From a virus, in IMG/VR virus record IMGVR_UViG_3300045988_170321, positions 1-38,205 of that record: DNA of 38,205 bases; one strand, written 5' to 3'. This document shows, one piece after another, positions 1-6,780 of this stretch. The stretch's first letter is position 1, and each line of letters starts with the position of its first letter. Position numbers and translations under genes: made by a program. A model generated the notes under the pieces. It saw nothing but the letters and a program-made list of their open reading frames with translations, made no database searches and was not told where the DNA came from.

Positions 1-55
1 TTTTATTGGTCGAGGTGACGGGACTCGAACCCACGGCCTCTTCGTCCCGAACGAA
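1..55 (-). repeat. att core copy (attL-type): duplicated 3' fragment of tRNA-Pro plus 6 nt downstream. It is not a complete tRNA.
   Basis: Positions 1-55 are identical to 38151-38205. The reverse complement of 7-55 reads as anticodon loop, T-arm, acceptor 3' strand and CCA. Sequence after position 55 cannot form the 5' half (no CGAGGTG acceptor strand). Confidence 0.85.
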
Positions 56-96
56 TTTGCATATAGCTTATTTTTTCCCTTAATAGCGTGAATAGT

Positions 97-137
97 TGAC
101 ACATCAATTACACTTTTGACACCCATCTGACACCCAT
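97..137 (+). promoter_or_regulatory. Candidate integrase arm-type binding sites: TGACACCCAT twice (117-126, 128-137) plus a degenerate copy (97-105)
   Basis: The same 10-mer occurs twice more, in the same orientation, at 38021-38030 and 38033-38042 near the other att copy. Confidence 0.5.
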
Positions 138-1318
138 AGCCTATTATAATAATCATTCAGCTTGTCCATCTGCTCTTCTTTATGCTCGGCGTTCAAATGA
201 GTATATATTTCCATTGTTGTTGTAATATCTGCGTGTCCTGCCTGTTCCTTGGCAGTCATAACATCAACGCCTGCAAGGTACATATTTGTAATAAATGTAT
301 GTCTCAGCCAATGTGCTGTTATCTGCGGAATGACCATCGGAATTTTTTCAGGCGCATTCAGGCTTTGGGGTTTCTTAAATTCCTTAAGACTGCCCTTGCT
401 GTCAGTTATCAATATGCCGTCAAAGTCTCCAAATCTGAAATTCAATTCTTTAAGATAACTGTTCCACAGTTTACGCCAGGAGCTGCCAGACATAAGACTG
501 CCTTTTGTGTTCGGACAGACAAGCATTGTCTTTGCTTTGCTCCGCTGATCCCTAAGGTATTCTGCAAGTATAGGCGGAATATTCACAGTGCGCATACCTG
601 ACTTAGTTTTTGTGCACGGCTTTATTCTGGGAATATCCTTTTCCATTGCCACTGCTTTGTTTACGGTGATCGTGCGCTTGGGGATATTGATATCGGTCCA
701 GTTCAGAGCAAGAAGCTCACCACGTCGGAGACCTGCAAACAGCATTATCATTGCAGCCGTATGTGCCCGATGATTTGTCGGGGCAATTATCCACTTTTGT
801 TCTTCCTCAGTCAATGCTCTTCGTGGTTCCTTATCCTCATCGTGAATATATTCAGGGGGCAGTTCGATGCCCTGAACAGGGTTAAAGTCCATTACACGAT
901 TTACAATAGCATATTGGCAAATCTGAGACATTACCGACTTATATTCTTTTAATGTCTTATGCGCTGCTCCATCGGCGGTATATTTATCAATGATATCCTG
1001 ACAGTCAGATACAGACAGTTCCGAAATTGGAATATTGCTGATATCGTCCATCTTTTTTACCCTAATTGCATATGTCTGATATCTTCCCTCGGAAATCTTT
1101 CCTTTTTTCTTGCGTAACCAGCGTTCAGCCCATTCGCCAAAGGTGTCCCGTTCTGCCGAAACATCAATGCCCTTGCCGATTTTCAGCTTGACCTCCTGTA
1201 CCTTGCGGTCAAGCTCACGCTGTGTGTCAGCATATACGTATTTATATTTGCCGTCTCCGAGATAGACTTTTGACTGCAATCGTCCGTCGGAGCGCTTAGT
1301 GTTCTTGGCTCGTGCCAT
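104..1318 (-). CDS. int: Tyrosine recombinase / phage integrase
   Basis: The C-terminus carries AHWLRHTF...GHADITTTMEIYTH (R..H-x-x-R..H..Y catalytic pattern), with an N-terminal SAM-like/arm-binding region. The start is placed at MARAKN, behind AAAAGGAGGG. The gene is adjacent to att. Confidence 0.9.
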   Translation of the reverse strand: MARAKNTKRSDGRLQSKVYLGDGKYKYVYADTQRELDRKVQEVKLKIGKGIDVSAERDTFGEWAERWLRKKKGKISEGRYQTYAIRVKKMDDISNIPISELSVSDCQDIIDKYTADGAAHKTLKEYKSVMSQICQYAIVNRVMDFNPVQGIELPPEYIHDEDKEPRRALTEEEQKWIIAPTNHRAHTAAMIMLFAGLRRGELLALNWTDINIPKRTITVNKAVAMEKDIPRIKPCTKTKSGMRTVNIPPILAEYLRDQRSKAKTMLVCPNTKGSLMSGSSWRKLWNSYLKELNFRFGDFDGILITDSKGSLKEFKKPQSLNAPEKIPMVIPQITAHWLRHTFITNMYLAGVDVMTAKEQAGHADITTTMEIYTHLNAEHKEEQMDKLNDYYNRLWVSDGCQKCN

Positions 1319-1450
1319 TTTTAACCCTCCTTTTGCAGTTGACTGCAATGCCGTCACCCACCGAAAAATACAGAGGGAGCGGCTCGGTTTCTTATCGGGT
1401 GTTTTCCCGAAAAAAACTTTGATTTTTCAAAACTTTTTTCCGAAAAGCAC

Positions 1451-1479
1451 TTGACAAATACGTGCATACGTGTTATAAT
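1451..1479 (+). promoter_or_regulatory. Sigma-70/SigA-type promoter of hicAB-1 (TTGACA, 17-nt spacer, TATAAT) with a TACGTG direct repeat in the spacer
   Basis: Consensus hexamers at 1451-1456 and 1474-1479. The sequence is nearly identical to the hicAB-2 promoter at 18965-18993. Confidence 0.7.
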
Positions 1480-1503
1480 ATATAATGTAAGGAGGACATA
1501 ATA

Positions 1504-1680
1504 ATGAAAGATAAAGACCTTCTGAAACTGCTGATGCAGAACGGTTGGAAGCTTGACAGAGTAAAAGGAAGTCATCACGTTCTTAAAAAGGACGGCATGA
1601 CAGAGGTTATACCAATTCATGGTCAGGACGTTCCGACAGGACTGTTAAACGCAATACTAAAGAGGACGGGGCTGAAATAA
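1504..1680 (+). CDS. hicA: HicA-family mRNA interferase toxin (58 aa; too short for the ORF track)
   Basis: Translation is MKDKDLLKLLMQNGWKLDRVKGSHHVLKKDGMTEVIPIHGQDVPTGLLNAILKRTGLK. This is the typical HicA/YcfA motif (GW....GSHH...). An AAGGAGG RBS lies upstream. Confidence 0.85.
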   Translation: MKDKDLLKLLMQNGWKLDRVKGSHHVLKKDGMTEVIPIHGQDVPTGLLNAILKRTGLK

Positions 1681-1718
1681 GCCCCTCACTCCTCAAATAT
1701 ATACAAGGAGCTGTTTAT

Positions 1719-2102
1719 ATGAAAATGATTTATCCCGCAGTGTTCCATTTTGAAGATAACGCATACTGGGTTGAGTTTCCAGATCTTCCAGGTTGCCAGT
1801 CATTTGGTTCTTCTCTCACAGAAACACTTGACAACGCAAGGGAAGCATTGGAGGCATATGCAATATCCTTGATTGAAAACAAGGAAGAAATGCCAGCACC
1901 AAGCGAAATATCAAAGCTTTCTATCGAAAATGGTTGCTTTGCTTCGCTTGTTGATATTGACCTCTCAGCATATTTTAAGAGGGCAAAGGCTGTTAAAAAG
2001 ACCTTGACAATTCCTGAATGGCTAAACGATGCAGCCATTGAAAAAGGCATCAACTTCTCGCAGACCCTGCAGGATGCTCTTATGGTTAAAATCTCTCAGT
2101 AA
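1719..2102 (+). CDS. hicB: HicB-family antitoxin (N-terminal HicB fold plus C-terminal RHH-like DNA-binding tail)
   Basis: The N-terminus reads YPAVFHFEDNAYWVEFPDLPGCQSFG..., and the gene lies directly downstream of hicA. Confidence 0.85.
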   Translation: MKMIYPAVFHFEDNAYWVEFPDLPGCQSFGSSLTETLDNAREALEAYAISLIENKEEMPAPSEISKLSIENGCFASLVDIDLSAYFKRAKAVKKTLTIPEWLNDAAIEKGINFSQTLQDALMVKISQ

Positions 2103-2111
2103 ATATGATTT

Positions 2112-2144
2112 TCCCCCGTTCCGTATGGTTCGGGGGATTTTTTT
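2112..2144 (+). terminator. Rho-independent terminator after hicAB-1
   Basis: TCCCCCG (2112-2118) pairs with CGGGGGA (2131-2137), followed by a T7 run. Confidence 0.7.
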
Positions 2145-2844
2145 ATCCATTATTCTTGTTCTTCCCGTAAAAAATCCTGCCAGCCTCAAGGTTCTTGCGA
2201 TACTGGCAGCAGCGGGCGTAAAAGTTGTTTGAGTGCAGACATTTCAGCGCATCGGAGCAAGCAATATATTTGCTGCAGCAGCCGAATTTGTCGGAAGGTT
2301 GATAATTCTTTAATGTAAAGTCAATTAACTCTGTAAGATATGGAATAAGCGTAGTGCTGTTTATATCAAATTTATGGCATAAAAGCTTTCTGGTAAACTT
2401 TTCACCCGTTTTCTTATCTTTTGTTGATACATTGTATATTCTTTCAACTGCATCTTCAGGTTTTTTTATGCAGTCCTTGCGCTGATAAAGGTATTCAACT
2501 TCTATTCGGCTTGATTTAGAATTGTTTATGCGAGTAAGCTTGAAACATCTGTCGCTTTTAACTTCTTTGAATTCAGCTTCAAGCATCAAGGGCTCCAATA
2601 TCCAAACGCTGTAGCTTTTATTTTGCGAAGAGTCATTCTCTAATTCATTTTTTACAGTTTCATCACTGTTGTTATCTTGTACTTGCTTTTTTGACTTTTT
2701 ATGTTCGTTCAAGCCGTAAATTTTTATGTATTTTTTGTCGATATCTTGTTTTTTACACACTTCTTCAATAATATGGTCAAGTGTGTCAATTATATTTTCT
2801 GACAATGTTTCGCCGTCATTCATATCAAAAGTGAGCTGATCCAT
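2143..2844 (-). CDS. Hypothetical 233-aa protein with an acidic/Lys-rich N-terminal half and a Cys-rich C-terminal motif (CCSKYIACSDALKCLH...CCQYRKNLEAGRIFYG)
   Basis: The start is placed at MDQLTF, behind AAGGAG with a 7-nt spacer. It is translationally coupled to the upstream exonuclease gene (5-nt gap). The region is AT-rich. Confidence 0.6.
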   Translation of the reverse strand: MDQLTFDMNDGETLSENIIDTLDHIIEEVCKKQDIDKKYIKIYGLNEHKKSKKQVQDNNSDETVKNELENDSSQNKSYSVWILEPLMLEAEFKEVKSDRCFKLTRINNSKSSRIEVEYLYQRKDCIKKPEDAVERIYNVSTKDKKTGEKFTRKLLCHKFDINSTTLIPYLTELIDFTLKNYQPSDKFGCCSKYIACSDALKCLHSNNFYARCCQYRKNLEAGRIFYGKNKNNG

Positions 2845-2848
2845 GATA

Positions 2849-4060
2849 TTACTCCTTTTCAGTGATGAAGTTACTCTCTTCAATTATTGCTATTTTACCG
2901 CCGTTGTTATTGTATTCTTCTGCCTTTATTCGTTTAGCGCCTTTTTCATCTTTCCAGTCATCACTTCCATGCGCGCCGATTATAAGATAATCCAACTTTT
3001 TTATAACATTTGCCTTGATTATGGCACCATTTGCAATGAGGGTGTTTTCAAGAGCCGCACGCTCTCCGCATTTAAAATTTCCTGTAAGGCAAACGGTTTT
3101 ACCCGATACATCATACGAGAAAGACACATTTAAGCTGTTTGAATTCATTGAAATAAGTGCTTCGGAGTAAGTGATGAAATCACTTTCGGACAGAACACGC
3201 ACATTGGTTCGGATTGCAATGCTGTCTATCAAATCATCAGCTATGCGATTTGCATATTTTTTGTGCATATCTGTTCCAAGTATCAGATAGTCGGCAGAAT
3301 AGCAAAAATAGTCAATATACTCTGCGCCCAAAGCGTTAAGAAAGCTCTTGATTTTATCTGTATCTATTTTTTTGAAAGCTCCATACACTATACAGCTTTT
3401 CCCGTAAAACGGATTTTGCGCTAATGGGGTACTTTTTACTTCTGCATATTGGTTCTGAGATTTATCAGACTTTATTAAAACGGTACGTGAGCTATTCAGG
3501 TCAATCAATGGCTTCAAAGCCTGATATAAGCAGTTGGTAGTGTAGCAGTCATTTTCAGCTCTGTGAGCTTCAACAACGTTTATCCCCAAATAATCTGCCA
3601 TAGTTTCAAGACGATGGTTCTCCAGTTCAGGGAGACATCTTTTGGAAAGATGAAAAGTATCAATATATGTATTGGTAAAAGGAGTGCCTTTTAATTCCAT
3701 ATGAAGATCGTAGATGATATTATAATCGAATGAATCTATATTGTGTCCGATTAAAATATCGTTTCCGATAAAGTCGAGAAATTTATCAAACTCTTCTTTG
3801 ATGGTTGGTGCGTTTTTTACCATTTCATCTGTTATATGATTAGTCTTTGTAGCTTCACTCGGAATGTGCATTTCAGGATTTATCAAAGTTGAATACACAT
3901 CTGTTACAGTGTTGTTTCTTACTTTTAAAGCTGATATTTCAATGATTTTACAACGTGCAGGATTGAATCCTGTTGTTTCAAGGTCGAATACAGTATAATT
4001 GTCTTCGGCAGTAAATATTTTTGCGCCTTTGGAGCGATTTGAGTAGCTGTTTCTTGACAT
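2849..4060 (-). CDS. DEDDh 3'-5' exonuclease (DnaQ/PolIII-epsilon-like) fused to two C-terminal BRCT-like domains
   Basis: ExoI is FDLETTG, ExoII is GHNIDSFDYNII and ExoIII is HRAENDC. BRCT-like segments are GKSCIVYGAF... and GKTVCLTGNFKCGERAALENTLIANGAII...DYLIIG. The start is placed at MSRNS, behind GAGGTGA. Confidence 0.75.
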   Translation of the reverse strand: MSRNSYSNRSKGAKIFTAEDNYTVFDLETTGFNPARCKIIEISALKVRNNTVTDVYSTLINPEMHIPSEATKTNHITDEMVKNAPTIKEEFDKFLDFIGNDILIGHNIDSFDYNIIYDLHMELKGTPFTNTYIDTFHLSKRCLPELENHRLETMADYLGINVVEAHRAENDCYTTNCLYQALKPLIDLNSSRTVLIKSDKSQNQYAEVKSTPLAQNPFYGKSCIVYGAFKKIDTDKIKSFLNALGAEYIDYFCYSADYLILGTDMHKKYANRIADDLIDSIAIRTNVRVLSESDFITYSEALISMNSNSLNVSFSYDVSGKTVCLTGNFKCGERAALENTLIANGAIIKANVIKKLDYLIIGAHGSDDWKDEKGAKRIKAEEYNNNGGKIAIIEESNFITEKE

Positions 4061-4080
4061 CAGTATCACCTCATTGTTCA

Positions 4081-4491
4081 TTATATAATTTGTTTATCAA
4101 AATACACCCACATAGCAAACTTAACCATATCCTCGGTAATGCCGAAATACTCAGCAAGCTGCCATATCTCTGTATTTCCGTTTTTCATTGCTGTAACCAT
4201 CTCGTCCTTCGGGGCGAGTTTTTTTATTGCCCATTTATTGGCCCGATATTCCATACGTTCCCGAAGCTCAAGGCTGTGTTCGGTATAAAACGACATGGTC
4301 TCGCAGTGCCCCAGTTCGTGGGCAAGCACAGTCAGTAAATCTGCAACACCTGCAATCTGATCGTGATCTATTATTACTGTGCAGTCTCCGCAGTCATTGA
4401 TAGCCATTGAAGGGCATTTTTGAAGAGGAGCGTCGATCATAAGAATATCATCGGCTTCTGCAAGCTCACAGAGCTCAACATAACTTGTCAT
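4081..4491 (-). CDS. ImmA/IrrE-family zinc metallopeptidase (anti-repressor protease)
   Basis: It has an HELGH (HExxH) motif and lies immediately downstream of the XRE repressor, as in ImmR/ImmA pairs. Confidence 0.8.
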   Translation of the reverse strand: MTSYVELCELAEADDILMIDAPLQKCPSMAINDCGDCTVIIDHDQIAGVADLLTVLAHELGHCETMSFYTEHSLELRERMEYRANKWAIKKLAPKDEMVTAMKNGNTEIWQLAEYFGITEDMVKFAMWVYFDKQII

Positions 4492-4494
4492 TTA

Positions 4495-4839
4495 TCAATC
4501 TTCTTTCTTCTTGTCTTCTTCCCTCATTCTGCGGGCTATCTGGGCGTATTTGCGGACATCGTTCAGAACCTCTTCATCTACATCGGCGGTGCCAAACAGA
4601 GCAAAGGAAAGCTTCTCGTTGTCACTTTGCTCTTCTTTTTGGTTTTCATTTCCTACAAGATAATCAACAGATACGCCAAGGAAATCGGCTATCTTAGGAA
4701 GATGTTTCATATATGAATTGTTATTACCGTTTTTCCAGTTGGTAAACGCATTTTTGCTTAGCCCAAGAAAGTCAGTAAGGTCTTTTTGTTTTAGACCTTT
4801 ATTGTCCAATAATTCAATTATTTTGTGCAAAGTACACAT
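4495..4839 (-). CDS. XRE/CI-like HTH repressor
   Basis: The HTH segment reads LKQKDLTDFLGLSKNAFTNWKNG. The start is placed at MCTLHK, behind GGAGGT. It is divergent from the Cro-like gene. Confidence 0.8.
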   Translation of the reverse strand: MCTLHKIIELLDNKGLKQKDLTDFLGLSKNAFTNWKNGNNNSYMKHLPKIADFLGVSVDYLVGNENQKEEQSDNEKLSFALFGTADVDEEVLNDVRKYAQIARRMREEDKKKED

Positions 4840-4866
4840 TTTCGTTACCTCCAAATTGTACAGCAA

Positions 4867-5079
4867 TACAAAAGTGTATAAACTCGTGACTTTTGTATTG
4901 ACAGTAACGATTTTCTGTGCTATTATGTGTTTGTGAGGAAAACATAACACATAAGCAATAAGAAGTACAGGTAAATTTAATTGCAGTTAAGTTTACCAAG
5001 CACACACTATATTTGTTTCGCTAACAATATAGTAACGCTTTTATTTACTTTTGTCAAGCTTTCCGAACAAAAATAATTT
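4867..5079. promoter_or_regulatory. Lysis-lysogeny switch region with candidate promoters and a repeated operator half-site, ACTTTTGT/ACAAAAGT
   Basis: A plus-strand promoter reads TTGACA (4898-4903), 17-nt spacer, TATTAT (4921-4926). A minus-strand -35 TTGACA lies at 5057-5052 with -10 TACTAT at 5034-5029. A 9-bp inverted repeat spans 4867-4875 and 4889-4897, and a third half-site lies at 5047-5054. Confidence 0.5.
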
Positions 5080-5102
5080 AATATTTACATTTTTGCAAAG
5101 AG

Positions 5103-5291
5103 GTGATAATTATTTACAAGCTTTTTATCGCCGAGGTCAAGAAGCAGCTATCTATACGTGGCTGGAAGTACGCTGACCTCTCAAAAGCCACGGGCTACAC
5201 TGTAGGAACAATAGAGGCGTTTATGTGCGGCGCACGTGAAAGTGAGCGCATGGCAAACTGCATCGCCCAGGTGCTGGGAATAGAGAGATGA
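5103..5291 (+). CDS. Cro-like small HTH regulator (start codon uncertain)
   Basis: The HTH segment reads WKYADLSKATGYTVGTIEAFMCG. The AGAGGTGA RBS overlaps the annotated GTG start, so the true start may be a few codons downstream. Confidence 0.55.
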   Translation: MIIIYKLFIAEVKKQLSIRGWKYADLSKATGYTVGTIEAFMCGARESERMANCIAQVLGIER

Positions 5292-5364
5292 TGTCTATTT
5301 TCAGTATAGCACCGCATTTGGGTGAAAATTAGGACAGATAAATATGAGAAGGAGGGGAGCGGAA

Positions 5365-5583
5365 ATGAAGAGACTCTTAAGGCTGTACAGAGCTATTGAA
5401 AGAATAGAGGAACTCGGCGGAAAAGCTTGCTGGATATTCGGCGAGTTATGTGAAATCGGCAAAAGGCTTCGCAATGTCGAACATGATATCGAAAGAATTA
5501 TGGCGGCATTAGAAAAAGCCGACATTAAAGTCGGCTCTGGTAAAGGCTCTTATTGGGAACACTGGGATAAAACACAGCGATGA
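5365..5583 (+). CDS. Hypothetical early protein
   Basis: ORF with an AGGAGG RBS; the start is placed at MKRLL. Confidence 0.5.
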   Translation: MKRLLRLYRAIERIEELGGKACWIFGELCEIGKRLRNVEHDIERIMAALEKADIKVGSGKGSYWEHWDKTQR

Positions 5584-5789
5584 AAATAAAGGAGATGAAA
5601 TCAATGGCAATAGCAAATCTTAAAGTAAAGATAGACAGTGAAGGAATGCTTGCAAAGGTGCAGGAGATCAATGAGAAGGCGCAGGAGCTTGACAGGCTTA
5701 TAAAAGAGCTGAGGAGCATGAGCGGCGAATTTGTTTCCTGCGACAGCGACGACCTTATCAAGGTATCGGAAGAGGAAACAGAAAAGTAA
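5580..5789 (+). CDS. Hypothetical coiled-coil early protein
   Basis: The start overlaps the previous stop as ATGA. An alternative start lies at 5604, behind AAGGAG. Confidence 0.5.
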   Translation: MKIKEMKSMAIANLKVKIDSEGMLAKVQEINEKAQELDRLIKELRSMSGEFVSCDSDDLIKVSEEETEK

Positions 5790-5831
5790 AGCCCCCGCAG
5801 GGCACACCACGGGAGCGGAAGCTAAGACAAA

Positions 5832-6035
5832 CTATTTGTTGTAGAAATAGTTGTCAAGGGCAGTGCCTATATCAAGCAGAGCTAAGCTGATGCTGTGCAT
5901 AGCATTATACAGTTCGCCGTGAGTTACAGGGTCGTCTGAATCACGCCTTGCAATTTGATCAGTGCTTTCGGCAAATGTATTATGAATAGCTTCGAGTGCT
6001 TTGAGAAGCTCCTGTTCGTTGGTAGGCTTGGTCAT
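5832..6035 (-). CDS. Hypothetical 67-aa protein (unit 1 of the antisense small-gene array)
   Basis: The start is placed at MTKPTNEQ, behind AAAGGGGGTG with a 5-nt spacer. It has its own consensus promoter in repeat A and a GC hairpin downstream. Confidence 0.6.
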   Translation of the reverse strand: MTKPTNEQELLKALEAIHNTFAESTDQIARRDSDDPVTHGELYNAMHSISLALLDIGTALDNYFYNK

Positions 6036-6040
6036 GTTAT

Positions 6041-6184
6041 CACCCCCTTTCCATAAGAGGGTCTGAGCCTGCGGCAATGTGCCTTGAACGCAAGCTCATT
6101 GAAAACATCATACCGCAGTAAGCGGCAGATGTCAAGGCAAAAGCAAAGCCCCCGCAGGGCACACCACGGGAGCGGATAACCGTT
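6041..6184 (-). repeat. Repeat A of a 144-bp cassette: GC hairpin with T-tract, then a TTGACA/17-nt/TATGAT promoter (6135-6107), then a ~65-nt leader with SD AAAGGGGGTG
   Basis: It differs from 6391-6534 at only 3 positions (6053, 6143, 6180). A partial copy of the hairpin part lies at 5787-5820. Confidence 0.85.
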
Positions 6185-6393
6185 TAATCGGCAAAGCCAT
6201 AAGCAGTGTTTTTAGAGGGGACACTGCCACAGGCAGCAGAGCGGTAAATATCTTTTCTTATAGCATCGTTAGTTGGCATTCGGAAGCGTGATAGGTCCTC
6301 GTGCATATTCTCGATGCGTTCAGAGATACGCCAATCAGATTCACAGCGATCAACGGTATCAAAGTCAAAAAAGAAAAAGAAGAAAGCAAACAC
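6184..6393 (-). CDS. Possible small protein (69 aa, unit 2) with a poly-Phe N-terminus (FAFFFFFFDFD). The start is uncertain; the GTG lies inside the SD.
   Basis: The frame shows protein-level similarity to unit 3 (RIENMHED versus RIETLHEE) outside the repeated DNA. Confidence 0.35.
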   Translation of the reverse strand: MFAFFFFFFDFDTVDRCESDWRISERIENMHEDLSRFRMPTNDAIRKDIYRSAACGSVPSKNTAYGFAD

Positions 6394-6534
6394 CCCCTTT
6401 CCGTAAGAGGGTCTGAGCCTGCGGCAATGTGCCTTGAACGCAAGCTCATTGAAAACATCATACCGCAGTAAGCGGCAGATGTCAAGGCAAAAACAAAGCC
6501 CCCGCAGGGCACACCACGGGAGCGGATAAGCGTT
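6391..6534 (-). repeat. Repeat B of the 144-bp terminator/promoter/leader cassette (promoter -35 at 6485-6480, -10 at 6462-6457)
   Basis: Direct repeat of 6041-6184 at an offset of 350 bp. Confidence 0.85.
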
Positions 6535-6670
6535 AAATGTCCGGTGTTGCCGCATTCAGCACAGCTTTTTGGATTTGTAGATGTGTTGAACGAGGAATAG
6601 ACATTCTTTCTTCATGCAGGGTTTCAATTCGCATGAGAATATCGCTATCAAAAAAGAAGAAAGCAAACAC
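6533..6670 (-). CDS. Possible small protein (45 aa, unit 3), a paralogue of unit 2 with N-terminus FAFFFFDSD
   Basis: It has the same leader/SD (6648-6693 matches 6365-6416) and a conserved RIE-x-(M/L)-HE-(D/E) segment. The start is uncertain. Confidence 0.3.
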   Translation of the reverse strand: MFAFFFFDSDILMRIETLHEERMSIPRSTHLQIQKAVLNAATPDI

Positions 6671-6732
6671 CCCCTTTCCGTAAGAGGGTCTGAACTACAG
6701 AAAATGTGCCTTTTCGGTAATTCATTAGTCAA

Positions 6733-6762
6733 ATTATACATCTTGGGCAACTGAGATGTCAA
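6733..6762 (-). promoter_or_regulatory. Consensus promoter of array unit 3 (TTGACA, 18-nt spacer, TATAAT)
   Basis: The -35 hexamer is at 6762-6757 and the -10 at 6738-6733 on the minus strand. Confidence 0.65.
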
Positions 6763-6780
6763 CAGCAAGGAGGAAATCAA

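Noticed and set aside
1-55. First reading of the att repeat as a type II tRNA (Ser/Leu, long variable arm) or a tmRNA 3' end.
   Set aside because: The supposed variable arm is actually an anticodon stem-loop (CUUCG-UUCGGGA-CGAAG) with anticodon CGG. The C1:G72/A73 acceptor end fits tRNA-Pro. A tmRNA would end ...TCCACCA with a G3:U70 pair.
6391-6470. A leader peptide (uORF MSLRSRHIAAGSDPL...) or a Phe-codon attenuator in the repeated 5' leader.
   Set aside because: The uORF frame is not conserved in the third leader copy, where the ATG is in a different frame. No alternative terminator/antiterminator pairing was evident. The Phe run is more simply the N-terminus of the downstream ORF.
6041-6534. 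Direct repeats that might be a CRISPR array.
   Set aside because: There are only two full copies of a 144-bp unit plus fragments. The unit is far longer than a CRISPR repeat and contains a consensus promoter and SD. The sequences between copies are gene-sized, not spacer-sized.
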